DNA of 64,000 nucleotides from Eledone cirrhosa. Its lineage: Eukaryota. Of this stretch, positions 37,951 through 50,910 are shown in pieces (the stretch's first letter is position 1; each line of letters starts with the position of its first letter). The DNA lies in contig OZ024745.1 of NCBI GenBank assembly GCA_964016885.1, positions 108,500,001 to 108,564,000 of the forward strand. Reading direction: 5' to 3'. The notes beneath the pieces were generated by a model that worked only from the letters and a program-made list of their open reading frames with translations, did no database searches and had not been told where the DNA came from. The translations under genes were made by a program, and so were the position numbers.

Positions 37951-40160
37951 TTATTAAAATAACAGATTAAAGTTTAAGCAAAACGTGGGCAGTGGTTTGT
38001 ACCGTGATGACGGTCTTTTGACCATGACAAAGTGCGGCCCATGTGCTTGCGACAGGTTCAGAAAAGAACTCACAGCCTTCTTTAAAGGCTTCAACCTCTA
38101 CATACAGGTTGAGGCCAACCTCTCGGTCGTTAATTACCTCGACGTTACCCTCAATTTGTCGAATGGCTTGCACTACCCGTATAGAAAGCTTAATTACATA
38201 AGTAAGCATTCTAACCATCCTGCCAGCATAACCAAGAACCTGGTAAGAAACGTTTCTTTGAGGCTTTCCCGTCTATCTACAAACGAGCATATTTTCACCG
38301 ACCTTTCCACATATTAGAATGAAGCTCTTGCTCGGAGTGGATTTGTCGATAAGGTAGCATATACAGAGTATGAGAATAGACCTAGGAAAAATAGATCCCG
38401 ACGCATTATATGGTATAACCCACCATATAATATGGAGGTGGCCACACCATTAGCTAAGATCTTTCTCTCCCTTATTACGAAGTATTTTCCCCCAGCTCAT
38501 AAATATAGTAACATTTTTAATGAAATACCATTAACATTTCTTACTCTACGACTCCTAACCTTGCACATAACATCACAGCTTCAAATTTAGCTATATTACC
38601 TAGCCGTAGGAACACATGCAACCCTGTAGCTAGTACTAACTGTAATTATAGGAATTGGGTTGACTTCCCCCTATCCGGGAAATGCCTCTCTAGTAACATT
38701 GTCTACAAATGTATGGTTGAAACACCCACGTCCCGTAGGGCCTACATAGGGTTAACCGCCAAAAGATTCAAGCAGCGTCTTTACATGCATACCCATTCTT
38801 TACTTAACCCTTTAAGAAGTAATATAACGTCACTTTCAGCTTATATCTGAAGTCTAAAAGAAAACCACACCCAATATAAGTTATACTGGGAGATCCTAGC
38901 TACGGCTAGATCGTAAAACGGAAATAAAAGACCATGTGACCTCTGCACCGCCGAAGCCTGGAAATACTCTACGCCAAAGACCACATCTTAAACAAGAAAT
39001 CTGAGGCAATTTCGGCTTGTAAACATAAATTGCACAAAACTGTCCTGTATTACAGCCCCACATTATACCCTAACGGATAGTACGAACTATACGCGGATAT
39101 TTTACGTCTTGATGTGGTAGCTAAGTATACGTTATGTTTATACCATTACTTATTTGTATAGGTAAATATATATTACCTGTATGTTTTGTGAAGGTACGTA
39201 TATTTGCTTGTATAAGTTATAGGCGTATATATTATATTATAAATACTGGTACATGTGCATATGGTTATGTGTATACGTGAGTTTTGTGTCTGTGTGAGTA
39301 TGAGGGTTCGTACGTATGTAGGGTGTGTGTATATATGTACTTTGTGTTTTGGTTGACGTACGTTTAGCGAACTTATGTGTATTTACATGTAGGTATGTGT
39401 GTGCGGGCATTATATACGTATTTATGTGTGTATATTTATATACGTTTAGATAATTATATGTACACACATATATATATTGTTTTATATATATTTTTTATGT
39501 GTATACGTTCGTATGTGTGCGGGTACAGGCGTTGTGTGAGTTCTGTATGTGCGTGCGTGGATTTTTGTGTATGTGCTTGTAATTGCATACCCATGGTGGG
39601 TGTTTTCGTGTATGCATGTGTATGTACGTATATGGATGCGTGCATGTATATATTTAATTTTTGTTGATTTCAATTACCTCTGTAATTTATTTACATTATT
39701 CTTAACTCTGAAGCCGAGTATCATTCGGTTTCCTAAATAGAATCTTAGTCTACGACTTCAGTTATACCATAAACGTGGTTTTGTCTTTGCGTGTAATTGT
39801 TTTAACCGCTCCTAATTATGACGTATTATTTTCCGATAAAATAAAGTACCAGTAATGCACTGGTAATTGCTGGCCTTGTGCCTAAAGTAGAAACAATTAT
39901 TTTCGGTTTTTTTTCCGTTCTTTGCTAGGGAACGTTTCCACGAACCAAAGTATCGTCTTCCTGTCTTCCTTCGGTTGCAACGTTTTTCAAAATATTTACT
40001 TCTGCGTTCACAGATTGATATTTTTAGTTTCAGAAGATCCCGTTAAGGGTGAAAGCAGCGATTCTTTCACCATTGCTCTACGGTTATATTTGATATATAT
40101 TTATCCTTATCGAGCCCTCTTTGGATTTTGGTCTTCAAATTTATTATTATTACTATATAT
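37950..40160 (+). mobile_element. 5'-truncated Penelope-like element (Naiad-like): RT + GIY-YIG endonuclease, disrupted, with 3' pLTR
   Basis: GLYRDDGL..VNYLDVTLNL..SNHP (37985-38317), RRIIWYNPPY (~38400-38430), PLSGKCLSSNIVYKC..AYIGLTAKRFKQR..H..TSLSAYI*.LK..WEIL..CDLC (38670-38960); 31-bp inverted pLTR piece at 37951-37981; family B SINE tail nested at ~39835-39900. Confidence 0.9.
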
Positions 40161-40571
40161 ATACGCGTGTGTGTGGGTGTATTAAGTTGGTATGATTATA
40201 TTTGTCAAAGTTATACAAGAGAACTGTTTATATTATAATCACCCATTGTGTATCTGTATGCATATTTTTCCTGGTATATATAACTATAGTGTATCTAAGC
40301 AGACCACTTTAACAACAACATCCTTATTAGTTATATACAACTACATACACTAACTTGTATTTTAATGTTTGTTACAATTTTTTATACCTTTTTATCCGAC
40401 TCGTTGATTTGGCTGCCTTATTTAGGAAGGTTTTTTTAAGTAATTTTATATCCAACTATTATTCTTTTTTCACTTTAGTTTAATTAGTTTATCAATACAT
40501 GAGTGCTTATTTAACTTAAATGTGTGTGTGTGTGTATATATATATAGATATACATATATACATACATACAA

Positions 40572-40608
<37 letters not shown>

Positions 40609-40622
40609 CATATATATATACA

Positions 40623-42740
40623 TATTGTTATACTTGGGGAGGGTCATATTTGTGTAATATTGCCAGAATTAATAACAGAACACACTCACTGTTTGGTTGG
40701 TTTTCGCTTCTGTAATCTAATTTATTCGGTCCTCAATGTTGCCATTGACTGACAAACGGTCAAAAATAGATACAATATAGACACAAACAGATATATATAG
40801 TTTATCAAAGTTCTTTCGTTGCACATCTGCAACATCGTCAGTGGTGCTATTGTTTCCTCCCGTTGCATTGTATTTTCTACGCCATCTTTATTTAGTCTGT
40901 TTATATATTTATTTATTTGTTTATTATTTTATTTTGTCTTCTTTGCGCATGCGTTTGCGTGTGTGTATAGTGTTTTGTTTTATGTGTGTTCGTGTATTGG
41001 TTAATGTATTCTATCTTTACCAGTGTGTGTTTATATGTGTTTGTTGTTATTGTGCTTGTGTATGTATTTATTTATTTATTTATTTATTTATACTTATCTT
41101 AGGTCAGTGTTGTTTGTTTGGGTGTTGTTGTTATTACATTCATTTTTTCTGTTTAGGCTTGGCCTTCTAAGTTCTATTTCACTGGCCTCTCTGATTTGCC
41201 TATCTGCTGGGTCATTTCTATGTTTAGATATTATTCTAATTTCTATGTTGTCTATGTTACCGTTGTGTTGTTGTCTGGCATGTTCGTATAGTGCTGACCC
41301 GTTTTTTCGTCCTTTTAGGTCCCCCCAGTGTTGGTCTATCCTTTCACCTATGCTACGAGCTGTCTCGCCTATGTATGTTGTTGTCATGTTTCTGCAAGTA
41401 CCCCTCTGTACATCTTATGTTATAGACTACGTTTCTAGTTTTACAGTTTATCCGGGGGTTTACCTTACATATGATACATTTCCTATTAGTACAGTGGGTT
41501 TTCTTAAAAGGGTAGGTTTTGCTGATCAGGGATTTTATGGTGGTTCCTGGCTTTTCTACCACCTTAATCTTTAAGTGGGTCTTTCTCAGGGCCTTTCTAC
41601 ACTGGTTAGCTAATTTCCCTCCAGGGGTAGCGTCCACAAACATGACACTCTGGTATCTCTGGTTGTCGTACCATGAGGTGGCTTTCCCTATCTTATGTCT
41701 AGCCCTATCTAAGCTATTCCATGATTTGTTCCTGTATAATGGGCAAATTCCTTTCATATCCAGTTCTATGAGGGTCTTATACTTCTCCGTGGCTCCTTCG
41801 TATACTCTGATTCTGTCTCTTTGGTTGTAGCCAGAGAACTGCATGCGGTTGATGAAGTGTTGGATGTGTCTTTCCATTTCTGTTGGGTCGCACATGCGGG
41901 ACATGTTCTTCATCACTCGTACCAAATCTGCGATCAGAATATTAAACTTAGCACTACTGGACATTGCTGAGTTTTTGAGTATCATGTATTTGGAGGCCAT
42001 AGTGTGAGTGGAGAATTTGGGCTCTCTCGTCTATAGTGTTAATCCAGAGTTCCGTGTCTAATACAGGTAGTCTATTGTTAGGGTGTTTGGAAGGGAAGTC
42101 GATAGTTACAGTTATACTCTGGTGTATGGAATTAGCTATCTGCTGGATGCTTTCCATTGTGCTACGTTCTAAATCAAACTCGTTAGTGCTCTCTTGTGGG
42201 GATGTTCTTATAACTATATTGATATCGTCTACGTAACGAGAGTACATGATAAGGTCTATGGAGCTCTCATCAAGGAGATCTTTGAGTTTCCTTTCCCATC
42301 ATACCATAAAAAGGTTGGCAATGTCACCAGCTATGCTGACGCCAATGGCTGCTCCCTCATTTTGGGTGTAGATCTTCTCGTTGAACTTGAATATGTGGCC
42401 CTTTAGGGTAGTTTTGATACTAGCCCCTATTGCATGTGCGACCATTTTTCTTACCTGATCATTGTTTTGGGGGGTCCGTATGGCTTTGGTCCACCCAACC
42501 CACTTTCCCATGGGAGTCTTTTTAGCCATTGAGGTTATGGTGGGGGGTCTACCTCTTATGGGTCTACTGGGGTAAAGACGTCTAAGGTCATGGCTGTCTA
42601 GGTAGTCAGTGTCGTAGGTAAATCTAAGTAGGAGGCCCAGTTCGTCTGTGTCGACGTCGCAGAACTCCACCTCACTCTCAATGATCATCTCCACACATTT
42701 TTCCACAGCAAAATCAATGTTAATGGATGGGTATATTTCT
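40623..42740 (-). mobile_element. 5'-truncated Penelope-like element (Neptune-like): RT + Zn-finger linker + GIY-YIG endonuclease, disrupted
   Basis: Successive ORFs: YTQNEGAAIGVSIAGDIANLFM, YSRYVDD..LPVLD, SVMFVDATPGGKLA..CTNRKCIIC..CKTRNVVY, YIGETARSIGERIDQH..RQIREA..LNRKNE; ends ccaagtataacaata in (TA)n. Confidence 0.92.
40801..40846 (-). ncRNA. Minimal type I hammerhead in the pLTR of the Neptune-like element (family 4)
   Basis: Minus strand ACCA-CTGACGA-T-GTTGCA GATG TGCAAC-GAAA-GAAC-TT-TGAT; one stem I mismatch. Confidence 0.65.
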
Positions 42741-43107
42741 GTTATATAAAAACTATATATACACACATATATATATATATAGAGAGAGAGAGAGAGTGAG
42801 ATAGAGAGAGGGAAGGAAGGAGAGAAAGAGAGAGTTTGAAAGTTACCAGTTTAGAGTAGTAAGTCCATTGTTCAGCTAAGTACTTAATACTTGGGAAAGT
42901 ATACATACATGCTATTTCTCAAAATACATGCTTCCCTACCTTCTTGTTCTCACTCTCCTATACCTTTCTATTTCATCTTTTATTTCTCATTCTATCTTCT
43001 GATGAAAGACTCGTGTGTGAAACGTATATTTTCTTTTTCTCCAATATCAAGCATTAAACTAATGTTTTCTTCATTGTACTGTGTAGTTTTCTTTGTTGTT
43101 TCCGTTT

Positions 43108-43139
<32 letters not shown>

Positions 43140-43142
<3 letters not shown>

Positions 43143-43218
43143 GGTGTTCCCCAAAAATGTATGCACATATTTAGTAGAATGCTGTTGAAGTGTGTATACA
43201 TTTTTGAGGGACACCTTG
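43140..43218. mobile_element. Tc1/mariner-like MITE, second copy
   Basis: Same TIRs as 4668-4766. Confidence 0.7.
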
Positions 43219-43581
43219 TGTATAACTAAAAGTGGCATAGTACTCATACATAATCTGTACAAGCCTTAGAAACTACCACAACAAGTACACATTGATGCAA
43301 ACCTCATGCTCAACCACCAGAACCTGAACTGATCCAACTGAGGCCTTGCATTAACCTGCAAAGCGCTGTCGGCAACATTGTGAGAATAGAGTAATCTCCC
43401 TTTAATACCTAATAGAGTGCCAAGGGAAGCAATTCATTAAAAGCTTCAGCATGCTGAAGGTTAAATTAATTAAAACCCCGTCCTATTTTATGAACTGATA
43501 AACACAAAAAGGAATGAAGCTATTATTGGCTAACACTGAATAATACAAAACAACTGAATATGAAGAATATGTCTTTTAGAC

Positions 43582-43922
43582 ATCATCATTCCATTTCATT
43601 TTACGTCCGCTTTTTCTCTGCTTGCAAGGGTGGGACGGGAACTGATTCTGGCTTGATTTCTACAGCTGGATCCCCTTCCTAACACCAACCTCATTTACAG
43701 TGAGTGCTGAGTGCTTTTTTGCCATGGCACCTCCACGACCACTTTGCAGTGGAATGATAAAGACCCCAGTCCCTATCATCTCATTTCTACAGCTGAGTAA
43801 ACTGGAGCAATGTGAAATAAAGTGTCTTGCTCAAGGAAACAACACATCACCCGGTCTGAGAATTGAACTCACAACCTTTCGATTGCAAGGCCAATGCTCT
43901 AACCACTAAGCCATGTGCCTTC
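43582..43922 (-). mobile_element. SINE family A
   Basis: Reverse complement of full unit. Confidence 0.9.
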
Positions 43923-44167
43923 ATGTAGAAATAAATATAAATTATGGTTAGCGACATGTTTGAATAAATACATGAATATTTTGACTCTTGCCTTATTTTG
44001 TCGTAAATCGGAATATGGCCGGCTATGAATATATAGATAAATGGATTTATGTATGAACATATGAACATTTTTAGACATAGATTTTTGCTGGTTTCTTTAT
44101 CAGTATCCATCAGTACATGCATGCAATGCTTACAAAAAAATCATACATACATAGATACATACATAGA

Positions 44168-44219
<52 letters not shown>

Positions 44220-44669
44220 TATTCAGTTTTGTTACATAACCAGATGTTACAGCTCTTGTTTCATCAGTAGAAACTAGTAAATACCTGGATATGACATCTA
44301 TATACACTGTAAAACCAGGCGATGAAAGCAATGAATTCTGCTAAGAGTACAGGCAAAAAACATGCATTCATACAAACATATATGTATATTGGTTTTGTTA
44401 CAACATGGCCAGATGTTACAGCATTCATATCATCAAATAAGGTTGATAACTACTTGGAGATGACATCTACATATTCTGTAAAATCATAAGGGCAATGTAA
44501 GGATTATTTTGCTAAGAGTGTGGGCAATATTAAGAAATAGGAGAAGGATGAAAATAGAAAAGGAATGGAAAGGCAAGGAATGAAGAGAGGAAAAAAACGT
44601 TGGAAACAGAGAGCAAAAGAAGAGGAAGATAGTGAGACAGATGTGAAGGAGGGATGGAGAGTTGCCAAT

Positions 44670-45328
44670 AATAATGGTTTCTACTTTAGGCACAAGGCCA
44701 GCAATTACCCAGTACATTACTGGTACTTTATTTTATTGACCCCGTAAGGATGAAAGGCAAAGTCAACCTCGGCGGGATTTGAACTCAGATCGTAAAGGGA
44801 CGTAACTAATTAAATAATTGTTTCTACTTTAGGCACAAGGCCAGCAATTACCCAGTACATTACTGGTACTTTATTTTATCGACCCCGTAAGGATTAAAGG
44901 CAAAGTTAACCTCGGCGGGATTTGAATAATAATAATAATAATGGTTTCTGATTTAGGCACAAGGCCAACAATTTTTGGGGAGGGGAAGGTCAATTAAATT
45001 GACTCTAGTACCTTATTGTATCGACCTTGCAAGGATGAAAGGCGAAGGTGATAGAGATGACAATAATAGTTGAAATATAGATTCATAGTATTGGTGATAA
45101 TAGTTTACAAAGTAGTTAGAGAATCAAAAATAAAATCAAGAAAAGTGATGAAAATAATTAATGATGAGTATGATGTTGTTTATAGTAATAATTGTTTCTA
45201 TTTTTGGCATAAGGCCAGCAATTACCCAGTGCATTACTGGTACTTTATTTTATCGACTCTGTAAGGATGAAAGGCAAAGTTAACCTTGGCGAGATTTGAA
45301 CTCAGACCATAAAGGGCCGTAATTCTAT
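44670..45328 (-). mobile_element. Cluster of 5'-truncated SINE family B copies
   Basis: Units at ~44670-44808, 44815-44926, 44940-45050 and 45188-45328. Confidence 0.75.
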
Positions 45329-46403
45329 AACTAAAAAAAAAAATTAAAATAAATGAAGTGATAGTATATTAATGGATTTAAAAATAGTAAATAGAAAATA
45401 ATAAAAAGAATTTATTAGAACATCGATAGTCGATTGACTTTCGTCAAATTGGACCGAGGAAACAATGTTTCCATTGGTCTCTCTAATTGCTAACACTCTC
45501 TATCGGTCACAACTCAAGGTAGAAGGAGCAACGTGAAATAAAGTGTCTTGCTCAAGGACATAGAGCATTGCCCGGTCCGGGAATCAAACTCACATCCTCA
45601 CAATTGCGAATCCAATTCTCTAACTACTCAGCCATGCTATTAGAACATACTGGTAAAAAAATTGATGAGAAAATAAGATAAAAAGTAAGATAAAGGAAAT
45701 AAAATAAGGAAATAATACATTGGAGCTTATGGATAAATGAAAGTTTTAATGGAAGAGTGGGACTTATTAGTAAGAAACAGTGGATGAATAGGAATATGGC
45801 TAAAGGCTACTAATGAAGGGCAGAAAATAGTTATTTATGGCTGCAGAGATGGATCTGAAGACAAAAAAATTGGTGAATGAAAATAAAGATTCCTATAACA
45901 ATCATGAGAAAATAGATGCAGATAAATATGGCAACAATATATTAAAACCATACAATGAAATAATTGGAATAATTGAAAAATTAAATAATTGTATAAGTAT
46001 AGTATAAAAAATGTATAGAAATTATATGATAATGATAAAATGGTGCTATGATGGAAAAGTGTGAGATATGCCAAAAAAACTACAAAGAAGAAATGAAAAG
46101 GTACTGGAAAAACACCTGAGTAAACAAGAAGAAACATTAAAAAACGTGGGATATACAGGAAAAAAATATATAAAAATTCGAGGAGGCTATACAAATATAT
46201 GACTTGTTCCTATAAAAATCTGAAGTAAAAACATGAAGGTAGATGTAATATTAACATGCATTGCACTTATTTATCGGGCCGGAGGTTATTTATTTATTTA
46301 TTTTTTCAAAATTCTATCTCTACCACCAAATTCAAATAGATGATGATGATGGTGTGAAAGCTACCCCTATTAGTTTGATGAGATGGACACAAATGCCTTA
46401 TAG

Positions 46404-47024
46404 CAGCCATGTCAAGCATGCAGCCCTTTACAAGCACACCTGCGTCGTGCACAAAGGTTTTTACAGCGCGAGCATGTTTTATCTTCATAAAATTAGTTGT
46501 AATGTGCACAATTAGTTGTTGTCTGTGGCCCTCAGACAATACATATGTGACCCATGTGGCCCTCAGACAACACATATGTGACCCATGTGGCCCTCAGACA
46601 TCACATATGTGACCCATGTGACCCTCAGACAACACATATGTGACCCATGTGGCACTCAGACAACAGATATGTGACCCATGTGGCCCTCAGACAACACATA
46701 TGTGACCCATGTGGCCCTCAGACAACACATATGTGACCCATGTGGCCCTCAGACAATACATATGTGACCCATGTGGCACTCAGACAATACATATGTGACC
46801 CATGTGGCCCTCAGACAACACATATGTGACCCATGTGGCACTCAGACAACACATATGTGATCCATGTGGCACTCAGACAATACATATGTGACCCATGTAG
46901 CCCGCAGACAATACATATGTGACCCATGTGGCACTCAGACAATACATATGTGACCCATGTGGCACTCAGACAATACATATGTGACCCATTTGGCCCTCGG
47001 TGGACCCTCAGTTTGACATGCCTG
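46404..47024. mobile_element. hAT-like non-autonomous element containing a minisatellite
   Basis: TIRs CAGCCATGTCAA / TTGACATGCCTG; 8-bp TSD CCTTATAG (46396-46403) / CCTTAGAG (47025-47032). Confidence 0.75.
46525..46998. repeat. 31-bp minisatellite, ~15 copies (GTGGCCCTCAGACAACACATATGTGACCCAT)
   Basis: Contiguous near-identical units without spacers. Confidence 0.95.
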
Positions 47025-47139
47025 CCTTAGAGCATAAAAACTGCAAATTACTGTTCTGAAGAAGTCAGTATGTTGCTGGTATCCTTTTAATTGTTTGGAT
47101 GCATAAAATGAAAACATTATCAGGTTGGATTCTGCTTTC

Positions 47140-47283
47140 CAGCATAGTTACGTCCCTTTACGATCTGAGTTCAATTCCCGCCGAGGTTAACTTTGCCTTT
47201 CATCCTTACGGGGTCGATAAAATAAAGTACCAGTAATGTACTGGGATAATTGCTAGCCTTGTGCCAAAAAGTAGAAACAATTA
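47140..47283 (+). mobile_element. SINE family B, 5'-truncated
   Basis: Matches 3' three-quarters of unit. Confidence 0.75.
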
Positions 47284-47666
47284 TCAGTGAAGAAAGTGTT
47301 GTGAAAATCATGTACTACAAGCTATATAGGTCAAATCAGTGAATAATTCTCTTATTAAGTAAGATCAAATTCACATTTAGCACAGCATCTATTATCTTCT
47401 GTTAATAGAGAAAGTTGTTTATGTAGATTAACAAACTTTGCTGACATTGTTTTGGAAAACGTTCCAAATATAACTGTGAGTCTTTTTGTATCGGTGAGTA
47501 TGTTGTCCAATATATTGTTTTACTATCTAAGACTTTAAGACTGTGATGTGAGGAAAACATGGTTGCTATTTCTGCCAGGTCAAATGACCAAGTAGAAACA
47601 CAGTAGCTTCTATCATTGGTAAGTTTAGGAGGTTTGATTATCACATTATCACATGATTATAAATAT

Positions 47667-48013
47667 GGAGGCACATGGCTTAGTGGTTAGAGCATTGGCC
47701 TTGCAATCGAAAGGTTGTGAGTTCAATTCTCAGACCGGGTGATGTGTTGTTTCCTTGAGCAAGACACTTTATTTCACATTGCTCCAGTTTACTCAGCTGT
47801 AGAAATGAGATAATAGGGACTGGGGTCCATATCATTCCACTGCAAAGTGGTCGTGGAGGTGCCACGGCAAAAAAGCACCCAGCACTCACTGTAAATGAGG
47901 TTGGTGTTAGGAAGGGCATCCAGCTGTAGAAATCAAGCCAGAATCAGTTCCCGTCCCACCCTTGCAAGCAGGGAAAAAGCGGATGTAAAATAAAATGAAA
48001 TGATGATGAATGA
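47667..48013 (+). mobile_element. SINE family A
   Basis: Full-length unit. Confidence 0.9.
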
Positions 48014-48017
48014 TATG

Positions 48018-48069
48018 GGCTTTCCTGATGATTTCCTTCCAATGAAACAATTCTAATCCTGTAGAAGCC
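48018..48069 (+). ncRNA. Diverged hammerhead (family 2 relative)
   Basis: GGCTTTC-CTGATGA-tttccttccaat-GAAA-CAATTCTAATCCTG-TA-GAAGCC; stem II decayed; downstream aatgtattgagtacc matches the reverse complement of 24155-24169. Confidence 0.5.
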
Positions 48070-48174
48070 ATTTCTATATTAAATTTTGTTGTATTTGCTC
48101 TACTAATGTATTGAGTACCCCCGATTGAACTCGTGACTCTTATTTCTGTTTACCTTTTACATACATTATATATA

Positions 48175-49604
48175 TCTATACATATATATAAAATTGAAAT
48201 TGTCTGTGTGTGTGTGTCCTAAGTTTTGCAAAGTCTATACAAATCCACATTTCTACTCCGATTGACTTCAAACTTGCAATTATATATTCCTTGCGGTCTA
48301 AAGATATTAACTGAAGCTTTTATTTTTCAATTTTCTGTTATTAAAGGCGTGTTAGGCGCCGGTTATCGATCTCCCTCTCTTTATTAGTCTGTCTTTTTAG
48401 ATAGATACATAGCTATAAGGTCACGTCCTTATAATATCTGTCTGTATGTCTGGCTGTCTGCATTACAACATTATGACAAATATTGTTCTCATTGATGACG
48501 TATTTTCTTCGCTATTTTCAGTTCATTGCCAGGGAACATCTTCATGAACCAAAGTATCGTCTTCCTGTTTTCCTTCGGTTGCAACATTTTTCGAAATATT
48601 TACTTCTGCGTTCAAAGATTGATTTTTTTTTAGTTTCAGAAGATCCCGTTAAGGGTGAAAGCACTCATTGTAAGCAATATCAATGTTATTGCTGCTACAT
48701 AGGACTCCCATTACCACTGAACTTTCACCTTTGCGTTCTGCATTTCCATCCGCAGGCCAACATGGAATGGTCTTCATAGTAGTCAGTTTATTGGGGGAGA
48801 AACAGAAGGGTCTCGAATTTGCCATCCAAAAAACCCATTGACAATAACGAAAACCACTGACATCAATGCAGAATGATACATTGTATGTCGTTTTAACCCG
48901 TCTTTTATTAATCAAAAAACTTCTTGCCAATAAACATTAACCCTTTGTGCGCCATTCATCTAACTGTAGACCAACAAATACCAACTAAACAGAGCATTGA
49001 CAAGAACGATGGCGAATGAATCTTTGAGGTAAGCAGTTTCCACCCGAGCTGTTAGTTCACGCGGGATTCTCTGCAACACCTTTTCGTAATAATACCGAAC
49101 AACATACTGCCGTACAAAGCCGTACAAAGCAGACATGTGCATCGGGTAGATGGATCGGGTGCAAATCTACACCAGGTATACGCAAGAAATTCGCAAGGCA
49201 CTGCACACCGAGAAGGATAGAGAGAAAGAATAACTTAGTGGAAAGAGTGCGAATGAACTTTTGAGGTAAGTAGCCTACGCCTTACTGCTATGACACTGGA
49301 ACCTTCAGCCAACTTAACCTGTGACATTCTCTTTCACATTTACTCCAATAGGCCAAAACAGAGTGGAAACGCCAGGGGACTGTCACAGAAGGAGTATGAA
49401 AAGAAGGGGCTCAACAATATTTCTATGAACAATGCACGTAGACAGCTAAACTGTACTTTCAACTTCTTAATTTTCTCCAAATAAAACAAGTTTCCTGTCA
49501 GTATATTTTCGTGAGTTTTTAACAGGCACTCACAAATAAACGTTTCTCATTGGAGGTGCATATACCAATGTTCTTACCCGTGCAACGCCGGGATACACTG
49601 CTAG
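48175..49604 (+). mobile_element. Non-autonomous Helitron with internal cargo
   Basis: A|TCTATACATATATATAAAA start, (GT)n, end CCCGTGCAACGCCGGG hairpin (49577-49592) ... CTAG|T; same terminal motif as 2251-2957. Confidence 0.8.
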
Positions 49605-49641
49605 TATATATATGTATATTAGTATATATATATATATATTA

Positions 49642-49694
<53 letters not shown>

Positions 49695-50819
49695 GAAAAT
49701 ATTTACAAAGAAACAGAATTACGAAAAGTAGGTGAAAAGGAAGAAATCTTTTTGAAAGAAATATGAAGATACAATGTTATTATTATGGTTGTTAGAGTAA
49801 ATAGTTAAGTTAATCAGAAGTGTAGAAATTACAGGTGCCTTTTTTTCTGTTTTCAGTGTGTGTGTATTATTTCTGGGTGGTCTACAGCAAAGATAGAAGC
49901 AGTGGGGAGGTGGGGTATAAAAAGGGAGGAGATTCCTCTACTTTTCAGCTCCCAGAAGGGGGAGGGCGCTGACAGCATCAACACATCTTTCTTCTCACAG
50001 ACCTTAGTGCACCCCTAGCTCCCAAAACCTATTTCCATTACTGGTCTATAGTAATTTGTAGAACTGGTATTTAGGCCACCAATAAATGCAACTTAACTTG
50101 CTCCTTACCCTGCCTTTTCCACAAACATCAACAACCCCATGGATTGCCAACTGTCAGAAAAAATATCAATTTTCTGTATTACTGCAAAAGAGAAAGTGCA
50201 GTTGTACTGCAGAAAAAAAACCTTCCTTTAACTCCAACTTCCTGGTTCTCCCTTTCATTAGAATTATGACTGTTTCTAGTTTTATTAATTTATTCTTTTA
50301 CTTGTTTCAGTTATTAGATCATGTTAGGGCACTGCATTAAAGGATTTTACTGGGTTATATCAACTTCAGTATTTTGTCTGGTATTTATTTTTATCAAATC
50401 CATAGGAAGACGAAAGGTAAAGTTGATTGAACATAATGGAAGGCATGGCATCTATGTTTCCTCACATCTCACACTAATGTACACATATATAAAAGATTGG
50501 ATAAACCATTTTGCAAAGCAAACATGGGCTTATGGCACCAGAAGACAAAGGGACCACAGAGTTTGTTTCCAGTGCCAGATTTAACATAGTATAAATGTTG
50601 CCATTGAACCAAAGCACTGTGAAAAAGGAGTTCACAGTAAATGGCAGAAGAGGATCATATATATATACATGTTGGCATTAGGAAGGGCATCCAGCCATGG
50701 AAGTCTAGCCAGAAACAGTTCTATATGAGCAGGACATGGTCACCTGACTATTGCCTCTAATGGGACCCCGTCTAACCCATACTAGCATGGAAAATGGATG
50801 TTAAACGATGATGATAATG

Positions 50820-50852
<33 letters not shown>

Positions 50853-50874
50853 ATCTTTCTAATTTCTCATTATT

Positions 50875-50910
50875 TCTTTTGATAAAGGACTAGCATCCGA
50901 AACGTTAAGA
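50875..50910 (+). ncRNA. Minimal hammerhead-like fold with U3-A8 core (family 5)
   Basis: TCTT-TTGATAA-A-GGA CTAGCA TCC-GAAA-CG-TT-AAGA; relative at 42995-43025 has canonical CTGATGA. Confidence 0.5.

Noticed and set aside
38640-38920. Selenocysteine recoding in the Naiad-like element (in-frame TGA at 38848-38850)
   Set aside because: The TGA falls at the conserved Trp of the YIW.LK motif, not at a linker Cys; TAA/TAG stops and frameshifts are also present; no convincing SECIS seen
46525-46998. CRISPR-like array of 31-bp repeats
   Set aside because: Units are contiguous with no unique spacers, there are no cas genes, and the context is eukaryotic; it is a minisatellite
47680-47919. Recurrent ~60-80 aa ORF (…PIISFLQLSKLEQCEIKCLAQG…) at many loci
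   Set aside because: Antisense translation of SINE family A; recurrence reflects SINE copy number
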